The notes beneath the pieces were generated by a model. That model was not told the origin of the DNA and did no database searches. It saw only the letters and a program-made list of their open reading frames with translations. This document shows, in pieces, positions 27,368-40,410 of a stretch of DNA of 64,000 nucleotides (its first letter is position 1; each line of letters begins with the position of its first letter). The stretch lies in assembly GCF_009914755.1 (NCBI RefSeq), contig NC_060932.1, one strand, 5' to 3'. The position numbers were made by a program, and so were the translations under genes. This DNA comes from the human T2T-CHM13v2.0 reference genome, Homo sapiens.

Positions 27368-28392
27368 CAGTGGTTCTACACCTAGAGTGATTTTGCCTCC
27401 TCCAATATATTTGGCATTATTTGGATACATTTTTGGTGGTCCCAGCAGTGGGGAAGAAAGGGCTGACAGTCTTTTGAAGTGAAAATAGCAAAAAGCCATA
27501 CAGAAAATATATATTCCAAATTTAGCAGGAGAGAGCAACTTATGAGACATCAGTGAAGTATTTTTTCTCATTAAAATCAAGAGACTTTCTTCAGGATTTG
27601 ATACATAATTTGTTCTGATCAAAGAAGTAAGCAAAATGCTATGCACATCTAATCCATGTCATTAAATTTTCTTGAGTATGTACCCCAATAAATGCATAAA
27701 TATTTATTTACAACTTATATACGTATAATACTGGCATTAGATTACATAATAAGGAACAACATTTACTTAGACTTGAGTTCATTATGGAGCACAATCAAAT
27801 GACATTCATTGATGCTGAATATAAAACCACATTCCAAAAGACCTCCTTGAAAATTTTTTTAAATTCTGGTAACTTCTTGTAAGTCTCACTCCATTGCCTT
27901 TTTTTCCCTTGTAAAATTTACCAAGAGAATATGCTAGAAAGGCAGATTGTCATCCCTATCAATTAGTCTTTGTTCCCTTATACTTGCATTATAATCTTCA
28001 ATCAGTGTTGTTTTTATTTGGGAAGCTAGATGTACATCTTTGAGGATCAGTTTAGTTAAATCCGGACAATAAAATTGATCCACTTAACTGAGCAAGTATA
28101 AATTGCACACTATAGCAGCACCCTAAAAGCAAACAAGGATGCCACTGTTAATCTGTCTGTGTGGCAAAACTAGTGTTTTTTCTTTTAGGCACCTCACATA
28201 GTACCATGTATGACATGTGATCCCCTGAAAGTAGGAAAAAGAGGAGAATGTGCTAATGGGATTCCACCCATAATTTTGTTCCTTTCCCTGAATAAAAAAA
28301 ATTAAGAGAAGTTTTAATATTTTTTCCTATGCTCCAGAGGATTCTCTTCCATAACCCAGGAGGTACATGCTCCTGGATTATGGAAGACAATC
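27368..28392. mobile_element. hAT-Charlie-type DNA transposon relic(s)
   Basis: MER20-like start cagtggttctacacctagagtgattttgcc; AT-rich internal sequence; ggtacatgctcctggatt..gaagac end. Confidence 0.4.
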
Positions 28393-28394
28393 CA

Positions 28395-28906
28395 GTAATG
28401 GAAGATAAGATCTAGGTCTCATTGCTTATAGCATAGAAAGCCAATCATGGAGACAACAAGTATTGCCAGGGAAGAAGGCTCTTTTGGGTGCTACAGCTGA
28501 GGAGATAGGAGATGAGTCTCAAATCCATCTTCTCAACTGGTTAGATTTAGAGATTTATATAGCAGGAAAGAAATGTAATTACATGTGGGAAAATAGGAAC
28601 TAAGGAGTGGAGCTGGTCAACAATAAGCATGTGGTTCATTAGGCAGCCTGGATGGGTGAGGGGTCTGCTTCTCATTGTCCAGATAACGGTGATCTGGAAA
28701 GTTTCAGTTCCTTGATACTATCTGGGAGGGCTGATTGTCAGATTTCTGAGAAAGGAACTCAGATAAGGCAAATGAAAATTTATTAAGTTTTATGACTAGG
28801 GAGGTCAGCTTTTATGTTTATTCAAAGAAACCAAAAACAACAGTTTTATGTTTTACTTTTTAGTCCTTAAAACAGTGGTTCTACATCTAGAGTGATTTTG
28901 CTTTCA
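28395..28906 (-). mobile_element. MER66-like ERV1 solo LTR (copy 1)
   Basis: agaaagccaatca..gagacaac.agtattgccagggaagaag...aaaggaactcagataag; homologous to 31588-32060. Confidence 0.7.
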
Positions 28907-29080
28907 AGTTTAACAGTCTTAGAGAAGATGGGCCAGTGAGGCTGGCACTATTTTAGATGTACCAGAGCAGGACCAGGAATGTGAAGAGAACTGAGACTTA
29001 GTCAAAAGATGAGATTATTTGTGGGTGGCAAAATCACATTTTTCTTTTTAACATAGTATCTTGAGTTTCTGACCTTTTAT

Positions 29081-29124
<44 letters not shown>
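29081..29124. repeat. (TTG)14 microsatellite
   Basis: Read directly. Confidence 0.95.
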
Positions 29125-31160
29125 AAAGGTCTCACACAAAATCTGGCCCAATCATATTACAGTCAAGAGGGATTTGTAGTCTTGAAAGGGCCACCAGCCA
29201 CATGTATCTTAAAGGAAACACATGATCTTATAAGCAACCTGTCCTAGGGTCAGCATGGAATAAGGGAGATTAGGCAGATAGGGCCACTTCACCTTTGCCC
29301 ATTGCTACCCTCAAATAAACCTAGTGCAAAATGTGCAGTGTGACAGGCCAGCACTGATGAGATTGGAAGGCATGGGATATGCATTTCTGACTCTTACTAA
29401 TTCAAGGCCCTTGAGGGCATTATGCACTTTGTTAAATATATCAGCATGTTGTATACCCTAATACTGTTTTACCCCTTTTTAATAAATACTTTATTTTTGC
29501 TCTTTGCTCAAGCCTCAAAATAAAGAGCTCCTTTATAGATTTCCTTTATATATTCTAAGCCAGAATTTCTTTGACAGAAGACTAACCTTGCCATATGTAG
29601 GCCCTGTAGTAATAGCAACAGAAGCAACTGACCTTTAGTACCAGAATAGACCTTCCATGGAACCAGTTATGCCACCCTGGTGCTGGACTTATAAATAGCA
29701 GTTGTTCATCACCTATGTATTTCATGATTTGATGGGAAATTATGAGTCCAGTTGGTAACACCTGTGCTATGTACAAAAGACTTAGAGTCTTAATCAATAA
29801 CACATTCACAGATGTTCTGAAATTCAGTACTCAGTAGGTGATTCCTATTATCCTCCACAAATAGAAAGTCATACACAAGATTATTAAAATATATAAAAGA
29901 TACGATTCAGTAAACTACCACCTGGAAGAATCAGAATGTGTGTGGCAGGGGAAGGGAACAGGGAAAGTATAAGGTAGAAATTCTTAAATATAAGGAAATG
30001 ACAGCAATTTCTGTCTTAACCTCTTCAGCTCTGGTTGCTAAGTTACCATGACATACCACTGTGTGTGCTTTTCAGTTTTTGGTCCTGGACTTGACAGTTT
30101 GATTAATTCTCTGGAGTGCAAAATGTGCACATTGAATATTTAAAAATTACACATGCATGCACACACACACACACCCACTCACCCAGCACCCCATTATTAC
30201 TTCTGATTTATAAAATCTGTTTTACAATTAAATTGACATATGTAGGTGGAAACCTAAAGTGACGCTTCATTTTGGGAAGAGAAAATCCTCCACTAGGTGA
30301 TATTTCTTGAAATTTTCTTCATAACACAATTCACTTTTTCCTAAGAGTAGGCACTTCTCCCTCTTAATGTGTTCATTTAACCCTTGACTTCATGTCTAAG
30401 AAATATGAAAAAATAAGGCAAGTGTTATTTAATAATTGTCATTGCTTTTCCTTCTTCTGTATGTCTATGTGATTGTGTTCAAAGGTGTCCATAAATATTA
30501 CTCTAAGCTGGTGACTAGTGGGCTGTGTGTTGTCAGAAGGATCTATAAGGGAATATGTCAGTGTCAGCGAGCTAGACCAGCCAGGCTCAAAATCCCAGGG
30601 CCCTGCATTGAAGATAATGTAAAAAAAAATTAAGTATACCAAAAATGCTTTTGTTTTATTCTTCAGTATTGCAGTGCAGTGGCTCAGTTTTCAAAAGACA
30701 TTGTGTATTCCTCTCCCAGTCTGTATGTGAACTTCCCTGTTTTTAGTTTTGAAACAAGAATGACAACTTTAAATTCTTATCACTAAAACCAAATGAGTTT
30801 TTATAACACCGATAAGAAAAGATTCAAAGCAACGGGCATACCATGTGTGGGTAAATACAGGCAAGTCTATTTCAAATGCTGAACTGAAGCTACCTTTATT
30901 ACCACAGCTGCACTGTTATCCAAAGTCAGGCAGCTGACTTCCAGAAAGCAGCAAAACAAGTTAGAAGTTAGAATCTATGGCTAATCAGGTAACAAGGAGA
31001 AATCTGGCCGGTTTAGTCTTCGTTTGACTTTGTTATTTCATTGCTACCTAAGTAGGATATGGTTGCCCTTCTGATGACTGATCTGAGTATGCGATGGAGT
31101 CTTTATCTCAATTGTTAACAGATAAGGAGGGGTTGGTAAAATCCTAAATTGTTTTCTTAG

Positions 31161-31477
<317 letters not shown>

Positions 31478-31587
31478 CCTGCATCTATTCTTTCTCTTCA
31501 TTCTTCCTACTACAATAGCTAAAGTTTCCTTCCAGTTATCACAGCTCAATTCCTTCTTTTTGTTCTGAACCCCATTCTTTCTCAACT

Positions 31588-32060
31588 TGTTACCAAAATG
31601 CCAAGGGTTTGGTCTAGATTCCGTTGCTCACCATACAGAAAGCCTATCACTGAAACAATGAGTATTGCCAGGGAAGAAGAATTTTTATTCAGGTGACATA
31701 AGCCAGAAAGATGGAAGCCAAATCTCAAATCCCTCTCTCCTAATTGACTAAAATTAGTGGTTTATATAGCAGGGAAGGAATGTAGCTTCCAGCTGGGGGT
31801 AGGGATACAACATAGAAATTAGGAAGGGCTTAAAAAGTGATCATGACAAATGAGGGGTCTGGCGGCTCACTGTCTGGATGGAGTGATCTAGTGAGTTTCA
31901 GGTCCTTGCCTAAGGATTGGTTTCCTGAGGAAGGAACTCAGAAGTAAGTTTCAAGTTTGAAGAGCAGAGAGGGTCACTTTCTATGTTTATTTTACAAAAA
32001 ATAAACAAACAAACAAAAACCTGTAAACTTCAGTTCTATGGGACAATTGGTCTGGTTTCA
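31588..32060 (-). mobile_element. MER66-like ERV1 solo LTR (copy 2)
   Basis: The reverse complement begins TGAAACCAGACCAATTGTCCCATAGAACTGA; perfect 4 bp TSD aact. Confidence 0.75.
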
Positions 32061-32510
32061 AACTTCTCAGGAATATCACACTTACAGATAACCTCTCTTG
32101 GGATTGCATCATTAGTCTCTTTTACCTATCCTAGATCACTATGATTAGTAGATAAGCATGCTCCAGAATCTCCCAACTTTAAAAAAAGTCTTCCTTAATC
32201 TTTTCCCTTCCTTTCTTCTCTTGGCTTTCATATAACTCAGAGCACTAGTTTTCCTTTTACCTCATTGTCCTCTCTTTTTTAGTCTCCCTTGCGGGGTTCT
32301 TCTCCTCCACCCAATTTCTAAATGTTGGAGTTGTCAAGGGCTTTCTTTACCATCTCTTCTTAGATAATATATTTTACTCATATGTCTTTAAACTTCATGT
32401 ATATGCTATGACTGCAAAAGTTTTCTCTCTAGGAGTTCAGCTGTCTAGAAAAATTCCAGGCACATATATTCAACTACATGTTTGACTCAAAGACTCACTA
32501 AAAACATCAC

Positions 32511-33314
32511 TGAGATGGGAGAGTTTCCTTGACCCCTTCGATGGACTTGCAATAGGGGTGTGGCTTGTTTACTCAAACCCCTTTCGGGAGGGGGAGCATG
32601 CAGGTGAGTGGGTGCAGGAGCTGAGTGAGTGCCAGCAGGAACAAACCCCATACCAGCTCACATCAGTGTCTAGGGGTTGCCTGCAGCCTCTAGAGCCCTA
32701 GAGTGTGTGTTACAAACAATGCTCTTTTAGCATTTGCCATCCATGGATGCCTAAGTGTTAACCAGCACAGTTGAGAGTCAGTGTGACAGCCTCTTTGGGT
32801 TCTCACACCCAGTGCATCCCAAATTCTTGTCCAGTTTCCAAGAGGAATGAGGCCACATGGACTTCAAGGATAGTGAATGCAGAGATTTTGTTGAGTGGTG
32901 GAAGTGGCTCTCAGTGTGATGGGGAGCTAGAAAGGGGATGGAGTGGGAAGATAATCTTCCCCTGGAGTTCAGCTGTCCCTGGCCAAACTCCTCTCTGACC
33001 TTTCCTGGCTGAACTCCTCTCTGACCGTAGCCTCCAATATCCAGATGGCTCTTCTCCTCTTGACATTCAGACACTTCTCTTCTCTTCTTCTCTGCCATGC
33101 CACTCTGCTCTTCTGCCAGTAGAGCTTGGGATTTTTATGGGTAAAGGGTGGGGTGCAGGCTGGACCAATGTGGTTTTGGAAAAGGCAACATTTGGGAGGG
33201 AAAACAGGAATGCATGTTCTCATTTAGGGCCATGGGTCCTGGCCTGAGGGTGGAGTCATTGCTAGAGACCCCACTCTCTTCTACCCAGTATTTCCCTGTC
33301 TCCTATCCATATCA
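32511..33314 (-). mobile_element. MER52-like ERV1 solo LTR
   Basis: tgagatgggagagtttccttgacccc...cagtatttccctgtctcctatccatatca; near-TSD tcac/tcat. Confidence 0.75.
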
Positions 33315-33370
33315 TCATGTCCAAACACAAACTCTTGATTTCTGTTTCTCCTAAAAAACTGTTCCTCTGT

Positions 33371-33540
33371 AGCTGAGTATATGCCTGTAGTTCTAGCTAC
33401 TCAAGAAGCTGAGGCAGGGGAATCACTTCAGTCCAAGAATTTGAGGCTGCAGTGTGCTATGTTAGTGCCTGTGAATAGCCACTGCACTCCAGCCTGGGAG
33501 ACATAGTGAAACCTCACCTCATGAAACAAACAAGCAAAAA
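33371..33540 (+). mobile_element. FAM (fossil Alu monomer)
   Basis: 7SL-like gcctgtgaatagccactgcactccagcctggg. Confidence 0.75.
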
Positions 33541-34325
33541 TGTTGCTCTCTCAATCTTCCACATTTTAGTACAAGATATTGTCACTCACTCAGTTGCTCA
33601 AGTAAGAATGCTAAAGGTACCCCTGATTGCTTCTTGTACTGTATATCCTACATCCAAACCAGTGAAAGCCCTATCAATCCTACCTGTGAAATACATTTCA
33701 AATGTGTCCAGTTTTGGTGTGGGTATTGTAATAACCTAAATGGCCTTCCTGCTTCCACTCTTTCTCCATTCCCCATTGCAGAATCACATATTTGAAATAT
33801 ATTATTCCCTATTTAAAATGTCCTGTTATTCCTTATTTAAAATTCTGCAATGGCTTCACACCATATTTAGAATTTTTTTCCATTTTCCTTACCTTCAAAA
33901 TCTGCATGTTTTGTTCTACGCCTACCTCTCCAAGCCTCATGCTCAGACTCCCTTCCAACTGTCCTCCAACTGCTCTCCTGATTCCTATCTCAGAGCCTTT
34001 CCACTTGCAATTCTGCCTAGGACACCAACTATCATCCTCACGCCATGTTATAAAACTGGCTTCTTCTCAATTAAAACAGAAGAGTCTGTAGCTGCCTTAT
34101 TTAGATTAATCCCCTCTGTATTTCCTACCGAAGTTCACAGTTTATTCTTCATAATGAGTAATGCAACTTCTATGAATATTTATTTGTTTATTTGTTTAGT
34201 AGCTTTCTTCTCATTAAACTATATGTTTTATGAGCACAAAAACTATGCATTACTCATCGTCATATCTCCAGTGCCTAACACAGAGCCTAGTAAAATATCT
34301 GCTGGCCAAATAAATGAATGATTGT

Positions 34326-34863
34326 TGTTACCATAGCTGAGTCCTAAGCTCATAGTGATCACTGCATGACAGCCAATGAGTTGCCAGACTTATTGTGTTG
34401 TGGCAGGAAAAGTGACTTTATTTCAGAGAGCCAGTAAACTGAGAAGAAGGTGGACTACCACTCTAAAGAACCATCTTAAAGGCATGAATCTCAAACTTCT
34501 TTTTATTTTGGGGAAGAGGGAACAAAAAGGGGGTAGAGGTCAGGAGGTAACTGGTGACCACAGACCTCTGGGCATCAGCAAGAGTCTGACTGTGTGGCAG
34601 AATTTCTTTATCCTTGGTCAGGTTACAATGCTTCTGTAAATCTTTAACATAACATTGTTATTTGTGAATACACCCTCCTAATCTCTTTGGGGATTTGTTT
34701 TGGGAAGGGATTATTATCATCCTTGCTTTAAGTGAAACTAGAAACTAAATTCCTTCCAGAGTTAGCATGGCCTATGTGCAGGAAACAGTAAAGGCAGTTA
34801 GCTTTTGAGGTTAGCAGCAAGATGGAGTCCACCATGTTAGATTTCTCTCACTGCTATGTTGCA
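34326..34863 (-). mobile_element. ERV1 solo LTR (LTR8-related)
   Basis: The reverse complement contains agtgagagaaatctaacatggtggactccatcttgctgctaacctc. Confidence 0.6.
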
Positions 34864-35744
34864 AACAGACATGGGAAATACTAGGGAGGTAAAAAAGATA
34901 TGAAATGACGACATAAATCACCTAGAAGAAAAAAAAGGCTTTAGTTAAACAATGAGACCCTCTTTGAGTTCCTGAGGGTTGTTGAGGCAACACTCAATTA
35001 CCACTTATGATTGTGAATATGGGCCCACTTCCCTGTGAGGGAAGAGCCATATTACTAGCCCAAAGATAATCTGTGCAAATATATGCATTTACTTGACCAG
35101 ACTTGGACCACTATGTGTGGCAAAGTTATAATTGTCTAATTTGCCTCCCACTCAATCTCATCTTATTATTGAGAAAATACAGCAAAGTATGCAAATTTTC
35201 AGAAGTACAAAAAAATGGTCTAGGTTCTTGACTCTAGGATGTGCCACATTTAATAAAGAATTTCCATGTACCATAGCTCAGATGAAGTACTGAGGCAGAA
35301 TGACAAGGCCACATGGAGAAAAGTTGATATGGTGTTGAATCCATCAAATCCTTGTATACACAAGATCAGAGAGAGACGTCTTAAATTTTCAAAGGGAAGA
35401 AAACTAACTTCTCCTGAGCAGTTAGTTTATCTCTTTCCCCTCTTTTGACATGCTTCTATCAAACACTTTTAAATATGAAACATAATTGACAGCTATAATG
35501 GAAAGAGGGTAGTGGTCTGCAAGTTAGGTCGCAAGTTTTTAAAGGGAAAGGGTTGAAGGTTGCAGGAGAGTTGCACTTGGGGAGTCATATTTTTCACTTA
35601 TTGTTTGTGATAAGGGAGAACCACAGACTGCTTCAAATTGTACGGAATAAACTCTGCTCCTAATAGGAAGGTAGCCAAGAAGCAGAAAAGGCCAGCCATT
35701 CTACATAAAAGGCTATAATGCACTGGAAATTGGGTTTGAGTGTG

Positions 35745-36424
35745 TGTACCACGAACCCAAAATATCTGAGATAGGTCTCAGTCAATTTAGAATGTTTATT
35801 TTTCTAAGGTTAAGGACACACCTGTGACAGCTTCCGGAAGTCCTGATGACATGTGCCCAAGGTGCTTGGGGTGCAGTTTGCTTGTATGTATTTTAGGGAG
35901 ATATAAGACATCAATCAATATGTGTAAGATGTACACATATTCTGTAAGATGTTAGTTCAGAAAGGCGGAATAACTCAAAGGTGGGGGCCGGCTGCCAGGT
36001 CATAGGTAGATAAGAGACAAAAGGATGCATTCTTTTGAGTTATTGGTCCGTCTTTCACTGAATACACAATTTAGTTTGGCTCAGTGAATCTGCATTTTTA
36101 CATAAACAATCAGGCAGATAAAGCAATCAGATATGCATTTGTCTCAGGTGAGCAGAGGGATGACTTTCTTGCACCTGTGAAGATAAACTATCCGTTTACA
36201 TTGCCAGGGTGAAATTCAACAGAACTGCTTTAGGGTAAAGGTCTTGAAGCACACAAGAAACATCCTTGTGGACAAATTATCAGGGAGGTATGTTGCTTTT
36301 TTAATCTTTGTATCTATCTTATTTAGGAACAAAATGGGAGGCAGGTTTGCCTGACATCGTTCCCAGCTTGACTTTCCCCTTGGCTTAGTGGGTTTGGGGT
36401 CCTGAGATTTCTTTTCCTTTCACA
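35745..36424 (-). mobile_element. MER4A/B ERV1 LTR
   Basis: aatatctgagataggtctcagtcaatttag...tcctgatgacatgtgcccaagg...ttttcctttcaca. Confidence 0.85.
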
Positions 36425-36740
36425 GTACCTTATTTAGCACTCCTTCTAGTGATCTATTATAAAAGGAGGAGTCTGGAAGCAATCAATAAGGGGAATAAAC
36501 CAGAATCTACTTCCTCATTTAGGTGAAGGGATCTGGCTTTCCTAAAGAAGGAAGGAAACAATGCAGGAAGGAAGGAAATGAAAAACAGATGGAGTCCATA
36601 GACATATTCTGGAATATACATGAGAACTAAAGCAGCAGCAGATTAAAGTATTGCTAAATATGATCTATAACTGGATATGTAAGTAAATTTCATACAGTAT
36701 GTGGCTTATACTCTCAAGAAAATTCATAAAAACAGACCTC

Positions 36741-37587
36741 TGAAGGAAATCAAAATATTTTACCCCCAAAGATAAGTATTTGACATATTTTTAAATGGCT
36801 GCCACAGAGCCAACAGAGAAGTGACATTGCAAAGCTGTCTTTTGTAGGGGAAATTTGCATTTGTAGAGAATCTCCATTAGTGTAGTCAGGCTTTCTCTAT
36901 GTTTCCTGGATCTAGGAGAGGTTGAGAGTCTGATATTTTTAAAAGTCTAGGAAACATTTATCATTTATTATCTTTAAAGGAGGCTTCCTCTATGTAGGAA
37001 GGCCACCTTTGCTAGCCAAGTCCCTTCCTTTCTCCCTCCCATAACTTGTCTAGCCACTAAAACCTGCTTCTGGTTATGCCCTGAGTCCCCATTCTTTCTA
37101 TAATCTCAAGGTAGTACATAAGCTTCTGTAACTTATTCTTGAGTTGGGTCTTCATTCTGAAGGCCCCGGTGTATACAAATTAAATAAATTTGTGCCAGGC
37201 GAGGTGGCTCACGCCTCTAATCCCAGCACTTTGAGAGGCCGAGATGGGCGGATCATGAGGTCAGGAAATTGAGACCATCCTGGCTAACACAGTGAAACCC
37301 CATCTCTATTAAAAATACAAAAAATTAGCCAGGCGTGGTGGCAGGCACCTGTAGTCCCAGCTACTCGGGAGGCTGAGGCAGGAGAACGGTGTGAACTCGG
37401 GGGTGGATCTTGCAGTGAGCCTAGATCGCGCCACCACACTCCAGCCTGGGTGACAGAGCAAGACTCCAACTCAAAAAATAAACAAATAAATAAATAAATT
37501 TTTATGCCCTTTCCTTCTATTAATCAATCATGTCAGTAATTTTTCAGCAAACCTTTAGGAAACCAAAAGCCTGTCTGGCCCCCACAC
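36741..37587 (+). mobile_element. ERV1 LTR (MER34/39-like), Alu-interrupted
   Basis: tgaaggaaatcaaaatattttacccc...ggggaaatttgcatttgtagagaa...ggcccccaca. Confidence 0.65.
37193..37499 (+). mobile_element. AluY-like
   Basis: gagaccatcctggctaacac; (AAAT)n tail; aataaattt flanks both ends. Confidence 0.9.
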
Positions 37588-38002
37588 TTTAAAATAACAG
37601 ATGAGAATTGATTTATAAAAAACTTAACAGAAAATTGAAATTTAAAAGATGCTAGGTGAAAGGCAGAAATAAAAAAAGAACTAAAAGAGATAAAGCATGA
37701 CTACACCCTAAGTAAAAACACAATAGGATAATTAAATTAATATTAATTGCAATAAAGAGCAGAATCAGCACCGGGTTACATTAAACTGTGGATGGCATAC
37801 TGAAGATACTCTTCCAGCATGTGGACAGAACAGAAATAGTAAGAGAGTGCACACATGGAAGACAGAGATTGGAGATCAAAGATGAAGATAGCTGATGTTC
37901 AATAAGAGATAACAGAATATATGAAAGAGAAGAAATAAAATAAAGGCATAATCAAAGTCAATTTTCTCAAGTTCAAAAGAGGCATAAAACTGAAAATCAA
38001 AA

Positions 38003-38920
38003 TAGTTAAGGAAACCAACAAAATTTTACCCTGAAATATACTTCTTTGACTTCCTTCAAGGTGGCTCTTCAAAGGGCCTGAAAAAAAACAAGAATAACCC
38101 TGTAAAACTGTCTTTTGTGCAGGAGATTTGCATCTGTAGAGGAAATAAAGTGGAATCAACAGCAGATGCAAACAGTCTTTCTCTGAGGCTTCCCTTTGTC
38201 TGGATCTAGGAAAGATGAACGAAGAGTCTGACACCTTTGAAGGTCTGACAGAGAAACATTTACCACAGGCTACCGTCTATTTCTTCTGAGGGCACTACTT
38301 GTGAGGTTTTATCTGCCCAACACAGAAGCCTTTGCCCCAAGCCTTTTCTCCTCTTCTCTGCCTCGTATAACCTGTCTTGCCACCTTAACCTCTTTTGCCA
38401 AGCTCTAAGTCCCCATTCTTTCTGTATCTCAACATGGTATAAAAACATCAACCAGGCCTGGTGCGGTGGCTCACGCCTGTAATCCCATCACTTTGGGAGG
38501 CCGAGGTGGGCGGATCATGAGGTCAGGAGCTCAAGACCAGCCTGGCCAACATGGTGAAACTCCGTCTCTACTAAAAATACAAAAATTAGCCGGGCACAGT
38601 GGTGTGCGCCTGTAATCCTAGGTACTCGGGAGTCTGAGGCAGAAGAATCATTGAACCTGGGAGGCGGAGGTTGCAGTGAGCCGAGATCACGCCACTGCAC
38701 TCCAGCCTGGATGACAGAGCAAGACTCTGTCTCTTAAAAAAAAAAAAAAAAAAAAAAATTCAACCATCTGGAAATTTCTTTGAGTTTTTCATGTTTGCAT
38801 GACTCTTGTGCCTGTATGCATTGTTAATAAAATCTGAATGCCTTTTTTTTTCCTATTAATCCATTATGAGTTTGTTTTATAGACTCAAATCAATCCTTTC
38901 GGGGAAAAATGTAATATCCT
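38003..38920 (+). mobile_element. ERV1 LTR (MER34/39-like), Alu-interrupted
   Basis: taaggaaaccaacaaaattttaccc...tgtcttttgtgcaggagatttgcatctgtaga; related to 36741-37587. Confidence 0.65.
38455..38758 (+). mobile_element. AluS
   Basis: Full dimer, A tail, TSD tcaacca. Confidence 0.92.
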
Positions 38921-39272
38921 CTACAATAGCTACCAAGCAAAATTAACAAAATGAGATGCACAGGTAAACATATCCTTATAAAAGGTATTGAACTTAAAAA
39001 GATCAAGGCAATCAGCACCTCCCACCCCCACTTCCAGTTTTTTCTCTCCCAGACAAGCTCACCTGCTGTTATCATCAGATTCTCCCATTTTTCTCCTTTG
39101 CATTTTTTTTTTAATATATCAACATGGTCTTTAACCCCTAGTGAGCCATCTGGATCCCGGTTTGCATTAGGTATTGAGGGGGACTCAGGAGGAGGAAGGG
39201 GAGAAGAGGTGGACAGGAAGAGGAAAGATGCAAAGTAGGAGAAACAGAGGGGAAGACCTAACTTGGAAAGAC

Positions 39273-39401
39273 TTCCTGGAATTTGAAAGCCCCTCCCCTC
39301 AGGGAAGGGCTTTTCCTTTTCTTGGTTTCCCTCCCCTTCTTGGTTTGCAAACCAATCAGCGAGGGTGCAGAGCCAATGAGGTCCTTTACTTGATGATGTC
39401 A
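39273..39401 (+). promoter_or_regulatory. Candidate promoter/enhancer module
   Basis: TTCCTGGAA (39273), GCCCCTCCCC (39289), CCAAT at 39352 (AACCAATCAG) and 39373 (AGCCAATGAG), TGATGTCA (39394). Motif evidence only. Confidence 0.45.
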
Positions 39402-39483
39402 CGCACAGAGTGCTTGACTGCTTTCTGTTCTCTGCTGGAGGAGGGGAGACAACTGCCTCAGGAAGCATAGAAGACTCTGCACC

Positions 39484-39960
39484 TGCCTGCTGACTCATAT
39501 CTATAATCCCAGCGCTTTTGGAGGCAGAGGCGGATGATCATCTGAGGTCAGGAGTTTGAGACCAGCCTGGCTAACATGGTGAAACCCCACCTCTACTAAA
39601 AATACAAAAAAATTAACCGGGCATGGTGGTAGGCACCTGTAATCCCAGCTACTCAGGAGGTTGAGGCAGGGGAGTCACTTGAACCTGGGAGGCAGAGGTT
39701 TCAGTGAGCCAAGATCATGCCATTGCACTCCAGCCTGCCCAACAAGAGTGAAACTCTGTCAAAGGAAGAAGAAGAAGAAGAAGAAGAAGAAGAAGAAGAA
39801 GAAGAAGAAGAAGAAGAAGAAGAAGAAGAAGAAGAAGAAGGAGGAGGAGGAGGAGGAGGAGGAGGAGGAGGAGGAGGAGGAGGAGGAGGAGGAGGAGGAA
39901 AGAAGGAAGAAGAAGAAGGAGAAGGAGAAGGAGAAGAAAGAAGAAGAAAGAAGAAGAAGA
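39484..39960 (+). mobile_element. AluS with tail converted to a GAA/GGA repeat
   Basis: Alu body to ~39760; TSD aagactctgcacc (39471-39483) / aagattatgcacc (39961-39973). Confidence 0.9.
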
Positions 39961-39964
39961 AAGA
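39761..39964. repeat. (GAA)25(GGA)20 plus degenerate GAA/GGA pure-purine tract
   Basis: GAA 39765-39839, GGA 39840-39899; no pyrimidine for ~200 nt. Confidence 0.97.
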
Positions 39965-40410
39965 TTATGCACCGAGGGGTGTGTTTACCTTATGAGCCAG
40001 GAAGCCAGAGAGGCTGAAAGGCTTTAGTCACACAGCGAATTTGAGGACCTAGGTGCCCTACTGAGTGCGCTGAACTTTAAAGAATGGAAAGGTAACTGAA
40101 AATTTTTGGTTGTCAAGCAGAAATAAATGTAGGAAAGATGATTTTATGGTGGAAACAAATCAGAATTCTGATAAAACAAAGCTGGGAGTGCTGGTGATAA
40201 CACAGACAGCATTGATCCTCCCATCTTGCAGGCATGGTGACAGCTTCAAGGACAGATACTGTGCTCCCCACGATGCAAACCAGTATTGGGATAGCCCACC
40301 AGGGGCTGCAGATCAATTCCTTAGCCCCAGTTTCTGCAATGAGCTGGGCAGCAGAAACTGAGAGGGGCTTTGAATCAGTGAATTCCTTGATAGAGGTCTC
40401 TTGGTAGTAG

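Larger units (their letters stand above)
31490..34324 (+). mobile_element. Fragmented L2 (host of MER66, MER52 and FAM)
   Basis: Pyrimidine-rich L2 body; 3' end atatctccagtgcctaacacagagcctag...aaataaatgaatgattg. Confidence 0.65.

Noticed and set aside
33740-34321. 193 aa ORF
   Set aside because: Chance open frame in a decayed L2 3' region.
36741-38920. Two related plus-strand LTRs as a possible provirus
   Set aside because: They are too dissimilar, and the ~400 bp between them looks like an L1-type A-rich relic.
38890-39498. 202 aa minus-strand ORF, the longest in the window
   Set aside because: No recognisable domain; it starts at the Alu edge, ends in an LTR and crosses low-complexity sequence.
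39661-40017. ORFs with poly-K/E/G/L runs
   Set aside because: These are reading frames through the Alu and the stop-free GAA/GGA repeat; there is no coding evidence.
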